IMG/VR virus record: IMGVR_UViG_3300013901_000016
From: an uncultured virus (IMG/VR IMGVR_UViG_3300013901_000016)
Lineage: Duplodnaviria > Heunggongvirae > Uroviricota > Caudoviricetes > Crassvirales
Length of the DNA stretch: 64,000 bases
Direction: 5' to 3' (one strand)
Part shown: piece after piece, positions 35,155 to 49,608 of the stretch
Position numbering within the stretch: the stretch's first letter is position 1
Layout of the letters: every line of letters begins with the position of its first letter
Position numbers and translations under genes: made by a program
Notes under the pieces: model-generated
What the model was told of the DNA's origin: nothing
Databases searched by the model: none
Seen by the model: the letters and a program-made list of their open reading frames with translations, nothing else

Positions 35155-36728
35155 GACACATAATCTCCCCAAGTTAAAGGATATTGCTACATAGGAGCAA
35201 ATTCCCCATCAGGTCCTGCCCACAACTCAAATGGAAGTAAGCTATTTAAATACGACTTATTTGTATATAAAGAACCTTTTAATGTGTTATTAAAATTAAT
35301 TCTACCAGACCCATAGTCTCCATACATTAATCTATCAAATGCCTCTTTATTTCTTGCAGCAGCTAATGTTTTTTGGTTATTTTGAACAGCTTTATTCATG
35401 GCATATTGCTAGTTTGGTGATACAAATCTGTATCCTCCAGGAGTCCAGCCTGGTGCGATACTACTAACTGAATCACTTAATGTTGTTTTGTTTACTGATC
35501 TTGTACCAGGTATAGCGTCTGGGTTCATACCAGTTTTAGGCTATCTCTAGCTGACTGCGCTTCCTATATTACCATCTTTATCTATACCGATACCATAAAT
35601 AGCTTTCAATGCAGCATTCTTATTATCTATATCCTATTGATACATATCGAGGATGTCTCCATATTGCTTGTTCTTAATACGCTGAGACAGCCATTTTTGA
35701 CCTATAAGTCCAAGATTAGCCAAGTGTGTTTCAATACCTTTAATCTTAGCACCATGAGCTCTGTTGTAAGCTTCCCATGCATATTGGTTAGCCGCTTGTC
35801 TCCTAGTAGCATCTTGATTACCTTCAGCTAATGCAGCAGTAGCCCAATCTTGCCTATATTTATTATTTTGTAAATCAGTATTATTTAGTACATCTGCTAC
35901 ATTTCTAGCATTACCTAAAGCAAGCGCTACTCTGCTAGCCTATCTCTATCCCCCAGTGTATCCGCCATCTTGCTACATTCTATAATAAGCAGATCTGTCA
36001 TTTTGATTAATAGTCTACAACTGATTATATGGGTTTACTCTTAATCTATTTAAAGTCTATAAAGCAGACTGCCCGTATCTATTAGAGGCATAAATATTTG
36101 GCATCAATGGATTTTCTTTCATCCAATGATTAAGCATTTGCTTTTCAAGTAAAGCTGGAGCCATATATCCCATATCGAGTGCCGCATTAGACACTTTACC
36201 TTTGCCAGCTCTTGTCCAATCACCAAATGACTGCTGAATGCTATCCCATGCGTTCTTGCCATCAGCGAATTTATCTTTACCACAATTAGCTTTGAACTAA
36301 GCTGTATAGTCTTCGATCTAATGCTATTTCTCTTGTCTGTCTGTAATATTCTTCATAGCCTGTAAAATAGGGGCTTTAGCGCGCTCTAATTGGGCTTTTT
36401 GCAATTGCATTGTTTGCTTTGACAACGAGCTCATTTCTGGCTTTTTATTCATTTTCTTTTCTATATTATTATACGTCTATAATCTAGCTGTTAAAGGAGC
36501 TATTTGCTAAGAGAACTTAACTCCATTAGTCCAATCTATATCATTCCCAGCTATAACGTTACTATCATCTTGTCTAACAGAGCTAGGTTGATTATCTACC
36601 CCAACCTTCCCTTTAGTTACAAGAGTTCCGGTTCCATTTGTATAGTCTATTATAGACTCACCTTTGCCTACCATACTATTAGTTGGACCAACCTAATAGC
36701 CATTTGGTGTCCAAACTTTCTATTTCAT
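35151..36728 (-). CDS. Virion cargo protein (~525 aa, TAG=Gln)
   Basis: Begins MK(Q)KVWTPNGY(Q)VGPTNSMVGKGESII, is Gln/Ala-rich and ends in TGA. Packed between its neighbours. Confidence 0.75.
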
Positions 36729-37600
36729 TATTTTCTAGCCCTATTAATTCGTTTTCTTAATTTTAAATCTTTACCTCTATTTGCATATAAAACTCCACCT
36801 GTGGTGTCGTAGTTCCTAGCGTAATAGTTATTTTCCAATCCTTGTGTATCAGCTGAAGCCATATTGGCAGAGTTTATAGCATCAGTTTGTAGAATAGCAT
36901 TTCTTCCAATTCTATTCTATCTTCTTCTAGCTTTAGACGATCCAAACAAACTTCCAATACCACCTATTACTCCTCCTATTATGCCACCTGCTACAGTTCC
37001 TAGTCCAGGTATTATTGATCCTAGTGCAGCTCCTGTTGCAGCTCCGGTACCAACACTTGATATAGTATTATTTATTCCAGTTTTAGAAACGTCATTGTAT
37101 GCCGATTTTGTATCAACAACATTTTGCTCAGTATACCCAATACCGTTTATTACCCTTTCTGTTGTACCAGACTAATTCATCATCTCCTAACCACTATGAC
37201 TATAATTTGCCATATCAGAATAATTTGACGCCAATTTAAATACTCCGCTTGCTAACTACCCATATGCACCTGGTATTTTTGAAGCTAAATCAGAAACAGA
37301 ATTAAGCTATTGGGATGCGTTGTTAGAAAATTTGTTGCTCTAATCAAACGCCTTTCCTATAGTGTTGCCTGCATAGCTTATTACATTACCAGCTATTGCG
37401 TTATTATTAACTGTTGCTTGTGCACCTGGAGTTTTAATATTATTTACTTCATAAGGTAACGGCCTACTAGTTAATCCATTCCTATATGTCTCAATGCCAG
37501 TTATATCACCACCAATGTTTTTTGTAGCATCTTGCAAAGATTGCTTTCCGGTATCAAACTTGGGCGCATTGTTTAGCCTTTTTCTCTATCTTAAATCCAT
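36728..37600 (-). CDS. Virion cargo protein with glycine-zipper hydrophobic segment (~290 aa, TAG=Gln)
   Basis: GTGAATGAALGSIIPGLGTVAGGIIGGVIGGIGSLFG followed by a basic stretch. Ends in TAA. Confidence 0.75.
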
Positions 37601-40600
37601 GATGATCTAAATTTTGTTAATACATACTATATGGCTACATTTGTATTAGGTTTGTTATCCTACATTTCACATACAAGATATTTACCCCTCATTCTTGAGC
37701 CGTATGCATTAGCCCTATTACCTCTAGGTATCGCATACCTATAATTATGCTCTCTTATTGTTATTTTGCCATGTAAGTTATCTTCAGCTCTCATGCCAGA
37801 ATCTGTATACCATTTATACTGTTTCGATAATCCAAAATAAGAATCTCTGTCTTTTTTATCATCTTGTATATCTATGTATTTAAATTCATCTTGCGGAGTT
37901 ATTATTTCCTAATTATCAAACACTTTTGTAATTACAGGAGAATTATTGACAACATATTTTAAATATGTAGGCAATATCTATTCTTCCCATGATGTGGTAT
38001 ATTTATTATATACGTCCCACTATGCTATTTTTATATCCCCATTAATATTCCTAATAAACAATATTTTGTTACTAAATTGTATAACTCCATCGAATGGAAT
38101 TGTATATATAGATGGGAACGCCTTTAAAGATTCGCTGTATGCAATAGATTCTTCTCCAATAACCTTTGAAATAACCTCGTTGTTTTTATTGTCAAAGAAT
38201 AGTAATGGCTTACTGTTATCGTCCTAATATTTATATAAGATATTCTGTGCTCTTGATACTTTACTTAACGGGTACACGCCATTGCCGTCGAACGACCTAA
38301 GTTCTTGGTTATGATGATCAAACCAATATAATGTAGAACTAGACTACGTATCGCATAATTCATCATTATGCATTCCTGTAGACTAATCTAAATAGTCATA
38401 CCTACTAAGTATTCCACCTGTGCCTAATATTAACTAAGTCCCATTTGTGCTATCTGTAACAGCTCTTTCATTAACTGAGAACAAACCTGTAGCAACCTAT
38501 TGCCAAAATACAAGCCATTGTTTATATGTTCTTAATCCTGTTATTTTGCCATACTTACTATCAACATCAAGATAATTTGAACTCTAGAATTTAGTCCAGC
38601 TATCAATGTGCTCGTTATCTTCTTTTAGCATAGAATATCTACACATATAGTCTACATCTTTATTGAAGTCTTCTATGTTAGTAGAATCAAACGCTGAGTG
38701 TATTCTACTTGTATTTTCTGCAGCGTAAGCTGTATTGAATACATACTCTGGCTATGTTTGAGTATACATGTTATTAACATTGGCAGGCTCTACCTGAATC
38801 ATCGAAGCTCCTTCGTTAGATGAATTCTTAGAGAATTCGTAACCATAAGCAAATCTACAGTTAATATTAGACTCTACAGGTATTGCGTATCCAAGCATCA
38901 TTGATGGAGATCTATAATCACTATAATCTCTACTATCTAACGAATCTGATGTTTTTAAGAAATTGCATGTAGCTTTATGCATTGAAGTATAGTCTAATAC
39001 GGATATATATGTATCGCCATCAAATACAGCATTCCATTCTCCAGAATTTGTAAAGAACTACCCATCCGATCTATAAGTACTAGAAGTTATTGATTTTTCT
39101 GTACACCCATCATATGGAGTTACTGTTTTTCTTATATTACACAATACTGTTCCAGGTATACTATTTATATTAACATCATAATAGCTTGATAAAGAATTAA
39201 ATTCCTATAAACTATTATTAACGTTCTTATAGTAAGAATGTGCTCCTAAAATGCTATTAAATAACATATTTGCACAATCATTCTTCATTGATAATAGCGC
39301 ACATCTTCCTCCTGTGCTAAATGGTATTCTTAATTTATAACCAGGATCATCATTGTTTATAACATCACCTTGATCTGCCCCATCAATCATGTCATGAGAC
39401 ATTGTCCATTTGTCATCACCCTCATTTCCGCCGGCATCCATAAACACACCATCACATCCGTAGAACACAGCATTACAGAATTGATATTTACCTACAGAAT
39501 CTATATGATTATTATATTCTACTGTAGGCCACCATTTGCCATTATCTTTTGTATCGCTATTTGTTCCCTTCTCTAAGAATGACCTTTTAATTACTTCATT
39601 CCACTTTAATTGTGATGCTATTTGTATATCGTCTATATCTACTAGCTAAGTATTATTGTCTATATGATCATTTGTAATACTAGCACCATAATCTATAAAA
39701 TGATCTTTTGCGCCACATGTTCTTCTCTTTAACGAACAGCCTTGTTCATATAATTTTATATAAGCAAATACCTTATTATCTATTTTATTCATTAAAGAAC
39801 CAGAATATTTAGCAGAGCTATCAATCTTTCCAGGACCTAAACATGACCATGTATTATCAGAAATATTTGTTTTATAATACATTGTTTTTATGTGCGCAGA
39901 TAACATTTTTAAAATATATGGAGACGATTTGTATTGATATTCCGTATATTTTCCATTACCGTTATCTTCATAATATCTCCAATCGTAAGACTTCCCATTA
40001 TCTGTTTCATCTGGCTTTGTATATATATTAGTATTTGATATACCAGGGCTCATAAAATACTTATTACCACTATGATTTTCTTTTTTGAACTTACCGCTCT
40101 ATCCAAATATATACCTAAGTGGCTCAAGTTTAAAGTCTTTGTTACTTGTTAGAACTTTTATAGATTCTGGTTGATATGTAGTTTCAGCTGATACAAACTA
40201 GAATATTTGCGTATTACCAAAATTTGTAGCACATGCTCTTCCGGCTGCGTTTACAGAATTAGTTTTTTTATCATCATCTACAGGATTATAATTCTCTGTA
40301 AAATACTTAAATACTGAACCCTGTGCTACCATTGCTGTCGTAAGTAAACCTGTAGGGAAATATGTAGTTCTATCTGGTCTATTACTTGCAGGAGTACTAT
40401 ACCCAACAATAGGCTTACTAATTACACCCTAAGCTATTGTAGCAATATCCTACTCTCTTCTTTGACATCTTACAATCTCATATCCAGTACATCCTTCTGG
40501 AAGATTTTTTACATTAAATGAAATTCCAAGAGGTATTGACGCTAAGTCGTACATATTATTATAATGGGATATGAATGTATTAAAATACTTGTCATACAAG

Positions 40601-42240
40601 TTAGGAGTGCGTATATCTGCTATCCATTTAACAGGACTAGGATTACCTGTAGAGTCATACAATATAATACCGTATCTGTATAATTCGTTGCGTCTAAGCG
40701 ACTTTGTTACCCATGGGTTATTAATTCTACCATTCTCTGTAGATATCTCTATATTCGCCTTCTAAAGTCCATTCTGGTTAATAAAATACAATGTAGGCCT
40801 ATCCTGTGTATTTTTAACCTTTAGTACATTCCACATCGTTCCTATCTCTCCTGCATTTACTGTGTCGCAAGTATCAATAGGTATATAAGTAACAGTAAAT
40901 CTCCACGATACATTTACTCCTGTTCCACCATAAAACCCATCTTTGTCGTATATACAATAAGAATCACCAAGATAGTATTGTTTATTTATATCATTATATG
41001 GGTTGTATGAATCTTTTTCTATATAGCCATTACTTATTGATAGCGTGTTAAGCTCATCCCAATTATACGTTACTTTCTAATCTCCAGAAGTATTTTGTAG
41101 GACTATCTACTTTTGACCATTTGCCCTAAATGCTCTAGCATCCCATTTCTTAAACAACTCTGTATCAATGAATGTTTGCCTTTCTTTTATGTTTGCAGCA
41201 AATAATATATTATCTTTGCTTTCTATTACTTTTGGTATAATATGAACGCCAGACATACTATTGTATTCTTCTATTGATATTGTATCCAAAGATTGCTGCC
41301 CAGTATCATTTATAAAGAAATCTCCATTTCTATTTGGTTCATAAGCAGAATCGTATATAACTTCTATTGTTGGCAGCTATCCATTAATCTATACAGATAT
41401 TCTATAAACTTTAATTCTGTTTAAAAACGAATAATCTGTTTCTGGCTTGATTAATAACTATACACCGCAATTAGTTTTTTTATCAAACTAATCTCCCTTT
41501 ATTCCTAATATATCTTTTCTATCAGATGGAATATTAACAACAGGTATAGATTGGCATGCTGGTGATATATCTGTAGAGACACCATGGTTACTATATATCT
41601 AATATGAATAGCTTACATAAGATGTCTTAAGTGTACCATCAACATATTTTACAAATTTTGGCTTCTAAAATATTATCTTCGGGTATGACTGAACAGTATT
41701 AAATGATGTATTATTATATCCATACATGTTGGCTATATTGAACACCATTATAGGATTAAACCCTGTAGCTACATATAATTTGATATTATCGTCGCCTTCA
41801 TATTTAAAAGTAATAGATACTCTATTTGGCCATTTAGAACGGTCTGTAGGCCAATCTATTAATTCTGATCTAAATATATTTGATATAGTTTCAATGTTGT
41901 TTACACTACTATCTGTATCACTATCCTAACAATTTTTGTTATCAAAGCATGATATACAAAATTCAGGCTTACCTCTTTTCTCTGATATATATATGATTAC
42001 ACCTCTATCTCTCACAGCTCCTGTGGCAAGGATTCTTTCAACCTTTTCGTCTTTGATAGATCCTACCTACTTTATCCCATTTATAGGTTTAATTGATCCA
42101 TGTTGATTTGCAGAATCAAACGATAACACTCTTAAGTTCTTTGCTTCAAGATAGCTAGTTTCTTTAACTCTGTCTAATGAGCTATCACTATCAATACCAG
42201 TTACAAAACTATTTATAAATGTATTATTATCAGTAGCCAT
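37591..42240 (-). CDS. Tail muzzle/stabilisation protein (~1549 aa, TAG=Gln)
   Basis: N-terminus NTFINSFVTGIDSD, internal SLRRNELYRYGIILYD and WIADIRTP, C-terminal SRMRGKYL. Size and position between tail rings and cargo genes match Crassvirales. Confidence 0.75.
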
Positions 42241-43093
42241 AACAGTAATCATTAAAGTTCAACTATCTTTTGCCTACGTTATTGAATAGTGTGTCATCAG
42301 AATCCCAATCTGGTATAAGTTTTGTCCATTCATTCTTAATTGATGACATCTCACTTTCATTTGGCATCATAGCTTCGGCATATGCTTGGTTTCTATAAAA
42401 ATTCCATTGCTACTGTATATAGAAATACGTATTCTAACTAAATTTAACTCTACCTCCAAGTTTACCTTTTAAGAACTTTGGAAAACTAAGTTTCATCATA
42501 ACGTACCAATATATCGCTTCTTGATATGACGCTAAGTCTGGTATTAGAGGATAACCTCTTTCATCTGTAGCTATTGCTTTATACGAAAGCTTTACAAAAC
42601 CTTTTTCTTTGTTAAATACAATCCAGCCTGGTTTTATCCAATATGTAGGTTCGTGTATCTATTTATCATTTAGTACATTTAATACAGCTGTAGATCCATT
42701 TATTCCAAGTAATTGTGATCTATGCGCTATTAAAGGTTCTTTAGCAGGCTGTTCTGGAACATACTCTTGATGATTATGTGTGCTACTTTTTATCTTAAAC
42801 GAACTTTCGTCTTTTCTTACACTCATCCAATTTGTTCCATCTAACGAGTATGCTACAGATGTAAGTGATTCTAAGTCATCTGGTATAGGAATTTGGTGTT
42901 CATGTATTTCAAATACCGGAACATCGTCATCACCAGACTCCTTCTATACATACTATACTGGAGCACCTATCTTTTCAACAGCCTCGAATATCCATTCACG
43001 TATATCTGTGACTCGAATATTCTTTTCCGACATGTCTGCATCAGCCATTATCTTAGCTATGACAGACTCACATTTTGTATACTTGAATATCAT
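42230..43093 (-). CDS. Tail ring/tubular protein (~287 aa, TAG=Gln)
   Basis: DIREWIFEAVEKIG, LSYKAIATDERGYPLIPD and FYRNQAYAEAMMP segments. Ends in TGA. Confidence 0.72.
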
Positions 43094-43535
43094 TTATGTT
43101 TATGTAATCTTGTTTGTTAAATATAAGTTGTGCTAGATGTCTTTTATTTTCTCTTACTAATTGTATCTAGTACATATATCTATTAGAAAATGTCCTAGGT
43201 ATCTTTGTCCAGTATAATCTGTATTTATATCCATTTGAATGTTCGTTTAAATGATATATCTTTTTACCTTCCTGTTTAGAAGATTTATAATCTACAGATA
43301 ATGATTTATCAGTATACGACTTAGGCTTATATTTTACTATGCACACACTACCTAGCCCATAAGGCATTTTAAATAGCTGTGAGCGCTCTAAAATCTCATC
43401 CTTTACAACTTTATTAAATTCATCCAATATGCGCTTATATCGCGAATATTGGACATTCTCATTGATTTTATTATACGCTCTATATATATCTAAGATCGTA
43501 TAACTCTTTTTATTCTTCCTTATCTTGAGGACCAT
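43068..43535 (-). CDS. IHF/HU-like small basic protein (~155 aa, TAG=Gln)
   Basis: Basic protein with FKMPYGLGSVCIVK. Reads through the TAG at 43167 to a TGA at 43068. Confidence 0.6.
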
Positions 43536-44199
43536 TTGGTTTTACGCTAGCTAATGTTGAATTGTTACTATCATCACTAGGTCTCTTCACCATGAACGAA
43601 AGCTCGTTTGTTAATATAGCTTTCTTTATATCAGGGATCATCCATCCTGGGATTGTTATATTATCTTCGCTATCTGCAGTTTTAGATTCGTCTATATATC
43701 CTGTAATATACACATAGTCTATTGAATCTATATCACCTCCTTCTACATAAATATACCCATCATCAAACCAACATACCGGTTCTGCATAAGTATACCTCCT
43801 AAAGTTATGGTAATGCTTTCTAAGCTTATGCATATACTGTATTACACATCCGTTTTTATCGCATACGCTAACTATATCATCAGCGCTTTTATTTACAGTA
43901 TATATCTAATCTTTTGTTTTCTTAATTGTATCGCAGCAGCAATCTTCGCAATCTACATTTTTTTCTGTTTTATCTATAACAAGTTCAATTGGACCAATTG
44001 TCGTTTGCAATGAATCATCCGGTTCATCTTCATCGTTTTCTTTATCTTGATCTTCTTTCTTCTTCTATAGATAAGCTTTATATTGCATTATCCAAGATGC
44101 TATCTAATCTCTTGAAAGATCCTCACTTTCACTTATATTGTTATTACGAACAATAAGAAGAATATCATCTATTAATGTCCTAAGTGAAAAGTAATTCAT
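43510..44199 (-). CDS. Tail ring protein (~229 aa, TAG=Gln)
   Basis: Begins MNYFSLRTLIDDILLIVRNNNISESEDLSR and joins the 43510 fragment. Ends in TAA. Confidence 0.65.
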
Positions 44200-44855
44200 A
44201 TTGATTCTATTATTTTTATACTATCTTCTTTAAGTAAATCGTTTGTATTATGTATTTTATATTTGTATACATACTTCTTTTTCCAATCAAACGTTATAAG
44301 TCTCTTAAAGAAGCTCTTCTTGTTTTTATATTCTTTATGTTTATATATGTATAGGTACTAAGTATTCTATACGTCTAGCTTTATATTAACACTATCATTG
44401 CCTATTGTATAGTATACTTTAGTCAAGGGATTATATTGTAGACTATCTTTATAAGTAGAGTTTTTAATAATAGTTATCATATCACCCCCTACCCCCTTAC
44501 TCTTATTAACGTTTAAGAGCTACTTATGAGTTGCTGCCACCTAGACTTCCTTACTTTTAATATTCTATTCTTTACGTACAGAATCTAACTACTATACAAG
44601 TTTATCATTGTAATTTGATAGTTTATTTATGTCTAGTTTTAAAACACTAGAAGCCTACTAAGACACTGCTAATGCGTCCTAATAGGCTTCAATGTTGTTA
44701 TTTGCTATTTTAAGCTCTTCTGAGAGCCTATTAGCTTTATTGTGGTAAATTATACCAGAAGCTAACAAAAAGGTTACCAGAAGCCCTAAAATAGTGTTAA
44801 GCAGCAGCTTGTAATTCTTCTTTACTTTTGTTATTATTTGAATCAGCTGCATCAT
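44196..44855 (-). CDS. Putative spanin-like lysis protein (~219 aa, TAG=Gln)
   Basis: N-terminal TM helix (LLLNTILGLLVTFLLASGII) followed by a coiled coil. Overlaps the holin 3' end and has several in-frame TAG. Confidence 0.55.
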
Positions 44856-45096
44856 TGTTTGTTAAATATTCTTTTAAATATGTTTTTATTTCTCCAAACT
44901 TGCCTTGTATATAAATAGAAACTCCATATATACTGGCTGAATAAACTAGGGTTTGAGCAACAAACCCTAGTACTCCAGTAGATATTTCACCCTATTGTAA
45001 ATACTGTATCCAAGTAAGAGCCTAACCGCTTAAAAACGCGAGACATGCGGTTGTATACTAAATCTTCTCACGCCATGTTCCTGTTATTTTGCTCAT
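44797..45096 (-). CDS. Putative holin (99 aa, 3 in-frame TAG)
   Basis: Two hydrophobic segments and a charged C-tail. Sits between the endolysin-like and spanin-like genes. Confidence 0.62.
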
Positions 45097-45518
45097 TTAA
45101 TCTCAATTGTTACCTTTCCTTTGGCGCAAGCATCCTTTATAATTGGATAAAACTTCGCTATGGTAGCTTTTGAGTTAAGGACCATTCCAACCTTTTTATT
45201 TTCACCAAGCAGCAAACAACCTTCGGTGTGATCACTTGAATTCCCATTGTGTATACGGATACCTTCAAACGAAGGAACATTCATAAGCTATGGTGTATAT
45301 TTCTTGAATCTAGGTGAATACGTCCACTTAATCTCGTACGTACCGTACGGAATAGCAGTTTTACCTTTAATCTTTTTCTCTCCGTTATCAAACTTACCGT
45401 TCTTATTAAGATCTCTTACGGTATCTTCAAGAGTATCGCAGAAATACTTATTATCTATATATAGCTTACCAATTGTATAAGTTGGTTTTAAAGCTATTCT
45501 TTTTAATGTTAACTTCAT
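45093..45518 (-). CDS. DUF5675-like putative endolysin (YkuD/L,D-transpeptidase-like, 141 aa, one TAG)
   Basis: Two track fragments joined across the TAG at 45288. Motifs TIGKLYID..FCDTLED, TAIPYGTY and GIRIHNGN..HTEGCLLLG. Confidence 0.75.
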
Positions 45519-45523
45519 AATAA

Positions 45524-45769
45524 TTAAGCTTTATAAACACCCTTTGCTGTTATAGTATAACTTGTGGAATCATTTTTATCTTTACGAAGATATTTCTAAT
45601 CATTAGTTACTGCAGTTGGAAGATTATTAACTGTTGTAGTTAACGACTTTAATGAAGATTCCAAAGTTGATACTCTTGTTGATAAAGAATTAAGATCTGA
45701 TATTAGAGCAAATTTACCTTTTATTTTAGACCAGAGCGTATCTAGTCCTAGCTTATCAAGTACTTGCAT
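45524..45769 (-). CDS. Small fibre-associated protein (81 aa)
   Basis: MQVLDKLGLDTLWSKIK followed by a coiled coil. Has an in-frame TAG and ends in TAA. Confidence 0.6.
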
Positions 45770-45770
45770 A

Positions 45771-47192
45771 TTAATATGTCTTATAAACTACTGTAGATGC
45801 ACATGGGAAGAATAGTAGCTCATACATCTTTGTGTATCTTTCTATAGGTATTACACTAGGATCATTACCGTTATATTCAACTCCATCTAATTCTATAGCG
45901 GTAAAATCTTTTGTGATGCTAAATATTTTCTAATGTATCTAATAGTCATTATTAACGTGACTAATAAAATTGAAATTTAATGTATGACTAGATGTTTTTT
46001 CATCGGAACCTGCATTTGAATTATAAATATTACCATACTAGTTATACTTGCATAGATATAGTGTAAAATATCCTTTTGCTACGTTATTACTTTGAAAAAG
46101 GTATTCAAAATACTTGGTTTTTACATTTGCTCCAGTGATTAAAATTTTTGTATTTTTTCTACTTTGACCAGAATAATTTTCGATACTATATGTAGGATAA
46201 TAATCATAAATTCCTTTTTGTTTAATATTTGTATAAATTATATGATTCATATTACAAAGAACGTAATTATGATCGATATTAGAGATATAGTCGCTATACT
46301 CTACACCATTAGTAAAATTCGCAATTTTTACATAACCTTTACAAATGTGTATAGCATTAAATAAAAATACATAATCAGAATTTTCGTTTTTTATAGATAT
46401 TGACAACTCGTAATTATCATTACTTGAATTTTCCGATTTTGGATATACCTAATATTTATCAAATTCTTTATTATTAATGTCCTATTTGCTAATATTTATC
46501 ACAAAATTATCAACATTGCCATTTTCTGAGAATGTGTAATTAATTTTTTCTGACGAAACAACGTTTCCTTTGGAGCCAATTTTATCCCTATGCGCATTTA
46601 TGTAAAAATACTTTGATTTATCACTACCGGTTTCGTTGTAGTCAAACACATATCCGCAGTTATCTACTTTTGTGTCTGACATTAAATCTGATTTAACATC
46701 ATATACATCTTTGTATGTATATGTATCGGATATTGTAATATTTGCAGTGGCTGTAACACTATTATTTATTATCACTTTATAAGTAGCTAGGCCTTCTTTA
46801 TCTGCATAAATTATAGAATTTTCTATATGCGCAAAATCTGATCCAGATACTATTTCGTACGTTACGGAGTCTATCGTTGAATTTGATGGCGTAATATTAT
46901 ATGTCAACTATTTTGATTCTCCAACATTAATAGTTATATCTTGTATAGACACACCTGTCGGATCAACTCTGTTGCTAGCCCATTCAAAATAGCACACATA
47001 TTCACTACCGTCTCCAGCAACAATAGATGTCATATGTTTGCCTGCTGCATCAAGTAATGAGTCTATATCAGACTTTGTAGCAAGTTCTCCACCAATATTG
47101 GTAGAACCTTGCACAAACGTACCATTTATAATAGCTTTAGCTTCCTCAATAGAGAGGTATTCATAATTATGCTTGTAACTTGATTCGTTCAT
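45771..47192 (-). CDS. Putative fibre/receptor-binding protein with Ig-like domain (~473 aa, TAG=Gln)
   Basis: Three track fragments are in frame. Big_2-like segment PTGVSIQDITINVGESK(Q)LTYNITPSNST and an AT-rich C-terminus. Confidence 0.65.
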
Positions 47193-47206
47193 AAATACCT
47201 CCTTTA

Positions 47207-48232
47207 TTAAGCCATTTTAATAACATGTGTAGCCTTAACTTGTTTGTTATCCTTAGGTTTGATATACTCCGTGCCATCTTTCTCCCACAAGCAGCTATCC
47301 TTGTATTCCTTAAGTATAGAATCCTTTAAGTCTGATAATAGCTAAGTAACTTCTGCTTTGCTATAAGTCTAACTCTTTGTGTACACATCCTACTTAGTGT
47401 AAGTATTGTTATTTATCTAAGATAACTTGTCATCAATCTCTGACTTATTATACACATCGCCCTTAGCATATACTTCAGACTTAGTATAAGAAGTATTAGT
47501 TGTAATACTCTTAATGTGATTGTTTATAGACTCATTACCATTAATCACCTAATCTACAGCAGAAGTAATCCATTTACCATTACTATAGATAAGAATATTA
47601 TTTTCAGATGATGTAGGTAATACGTACTGCAATAGGCTCTTAACAAGGCTAACAGTGATTACATCAGTACTAGCCTAGCCTGATGGTGATGTAGCTAATC
47701 TCACACTACCATATTTAGCTGTAGTAGCATTAGGTACATCAAGATTACCACTAACAGATAGGTTGTTAAGTACGGTATCACCATCTACTCTAAATAAACC
47801 ACCATTCTCTACCTTCAACAAGTTGTGAACAACTAGATTGTTTGTATCAATATTAAGCGCCTGGAATGTACCCATTACTTCAATATCGTTTGTAATAATC
47901 TTATGGTCAACAACTAATCCATTAGGAGTGCCATGAGCTCTAATAGTACCATTGAATGTAGCCTAATCCTGAAACGTAGAAGAACCTTTAACAGAAAGAG
48001 ACTTATCTACAGACATGTTACCCTAGAACGTAGAATCACCAGTAAATACTGCCGACTCGAAAGTAGGGTTCTTAGCAAACTTTGTAAAATCATCGCGCAT
48101 AGATCTGTTTACAGACGTCTAGTCTTTTTTGTAATAAGAGTCCCAGATCTATTCAGCATCAGCGACAACATTTTCTGTTGTAACATTCACAAGCTTGCCG
48201 TATATTTTAATATCTTCTTTCTTTGCTTCCAT
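47207..48232 (-). CDS. Putative fibre protein with YTKSE-type repeats (~341 aa, TAG=Gln)
   Basis: Beta-repeat segment, ATTAKYGSVRL and repeats YTKSEV/YAKGDV/YNKSEI/YSKAEV. Ends in TAA. Confidence 0.65.
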
Positions 48233-48237
48233 AATTA

Positions 48238-49590
48238 TTAAGCTTCAAGTTTAATATAGAAAATATCTCCACCAGACTTAGTATTAGCGCTCATTGGGTT
48301 AGGACAGCAATAATAATACTTGCTATCATTCAGTTTCTGCTGATACTTTGTGAGAGGTACATATATAGCTGAGTTAAGATCTGTTGTACCATTATCTGTG
48401 ATGTTTGCAGCATAAGCAATAGGTCTACGTGTAACAATCCAAAGATACTGTCCATCTCTTGTGTTCTCTACCTGTACAGGCTTTGTTAGATCATCTACCT
48501 TCTTAAGATTGTCTGTATTAACAGATTCTACGCCAGTAGCTGTATAATATTCTTGACTATTATTTTCGTAAGATTGATCAGTTCTATCAAATCCGTTTTC
48601 TGTATCACTCTCAACATTAGCCGCAAAAGGTCTAACAGGAAGATAACCAATGTAATCGTAATCTCCACCGACAACAGTTACATTAAATCCTGTAGTAATG
48701 TCGTTATTCTTAGCTTTAACTGTCACATATGTACTATCTGTTTCTTCCTGATTAATTGCCCTAATAATTCCTGTCTCTTCCTCAATGGAAATGACACTAG
48801 ACTTTGTAGCGACGAACTGAAGTTTCTCATAAGGCCAATTGCTAGGAGTATATTCGATTACAGAACCATTCTCAAGCTCTACCTCAATAATGTAATAATG
48901 ATCTTTCTTATCCTGCTCGCCAAGTCTAATCTGATTACCGCCGTACAAATACAAGTCATGAGTCTTAACTCTAATATCAATGATATTCTTATTAAGAATA
49001 TCGTCTTTATCAACATCAAGCGTAATATCACCACTAGCGCCTGTATTATCATTTACAAGCATAAGTACCTCACCGTAATCCATTGTGTATGTATGAAGGT
49101 CTGTCTTACCCCAACCTGGTTCATACATTTCTGCTACAACAACTAATTTGTATACACCACAGAAGAGTTGGTCTGTAGCTGGGAAGTAGCACTGAATACT
49201 ATTAGCTTTAGGTAATACCTTTGAATAAGCTGTATAACAGAATTTGTCATCATATCCAGCAAGTACTCTATCAAATGGTTTGTTATATGCCGGCGGCATA
49301 CAAGGAGCTCCTGCGCAAGGATTACAACCTCTACCACTTAATCTGCAATCATGATGATATGGTCTTCCGCACCATGGCTCCACATGATATGTAGGACAGC
49401 CACATCTGTTAAAACATGGATGACCGTACATGTGTGGATCATTACAGCAAGTTTCACCTGTGTAAAAATCTGCTACTGATGTATTAATCAAATAACATGC
49501 TAGCTTTTTGATACTAGCCTAATCATACGTTCTAGGACCACGAAGAGTTAGATTTAATCTAATATCGTTTCCAATTCTAATTTTCTGCAT
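48238..49590 (-). CDS. Virion structural protein with Cys/His-rich insert and Ig-like region (~450 aa)
   Basis: The start MQKIRIGNDIRLNL lies upstream of the track ORF, across one TAG. Confidence 0.7.
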
Positions 49591-49608
49591 ATTATAATAT
49601 GTTTAAAA

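Noticed and set aside
45524..48232. Diversity-generating retroelement or invertible cassette in the fibre genes
   Set aside because: No reverse transcriptase, recombinase or template/variable repeat pair is visible.
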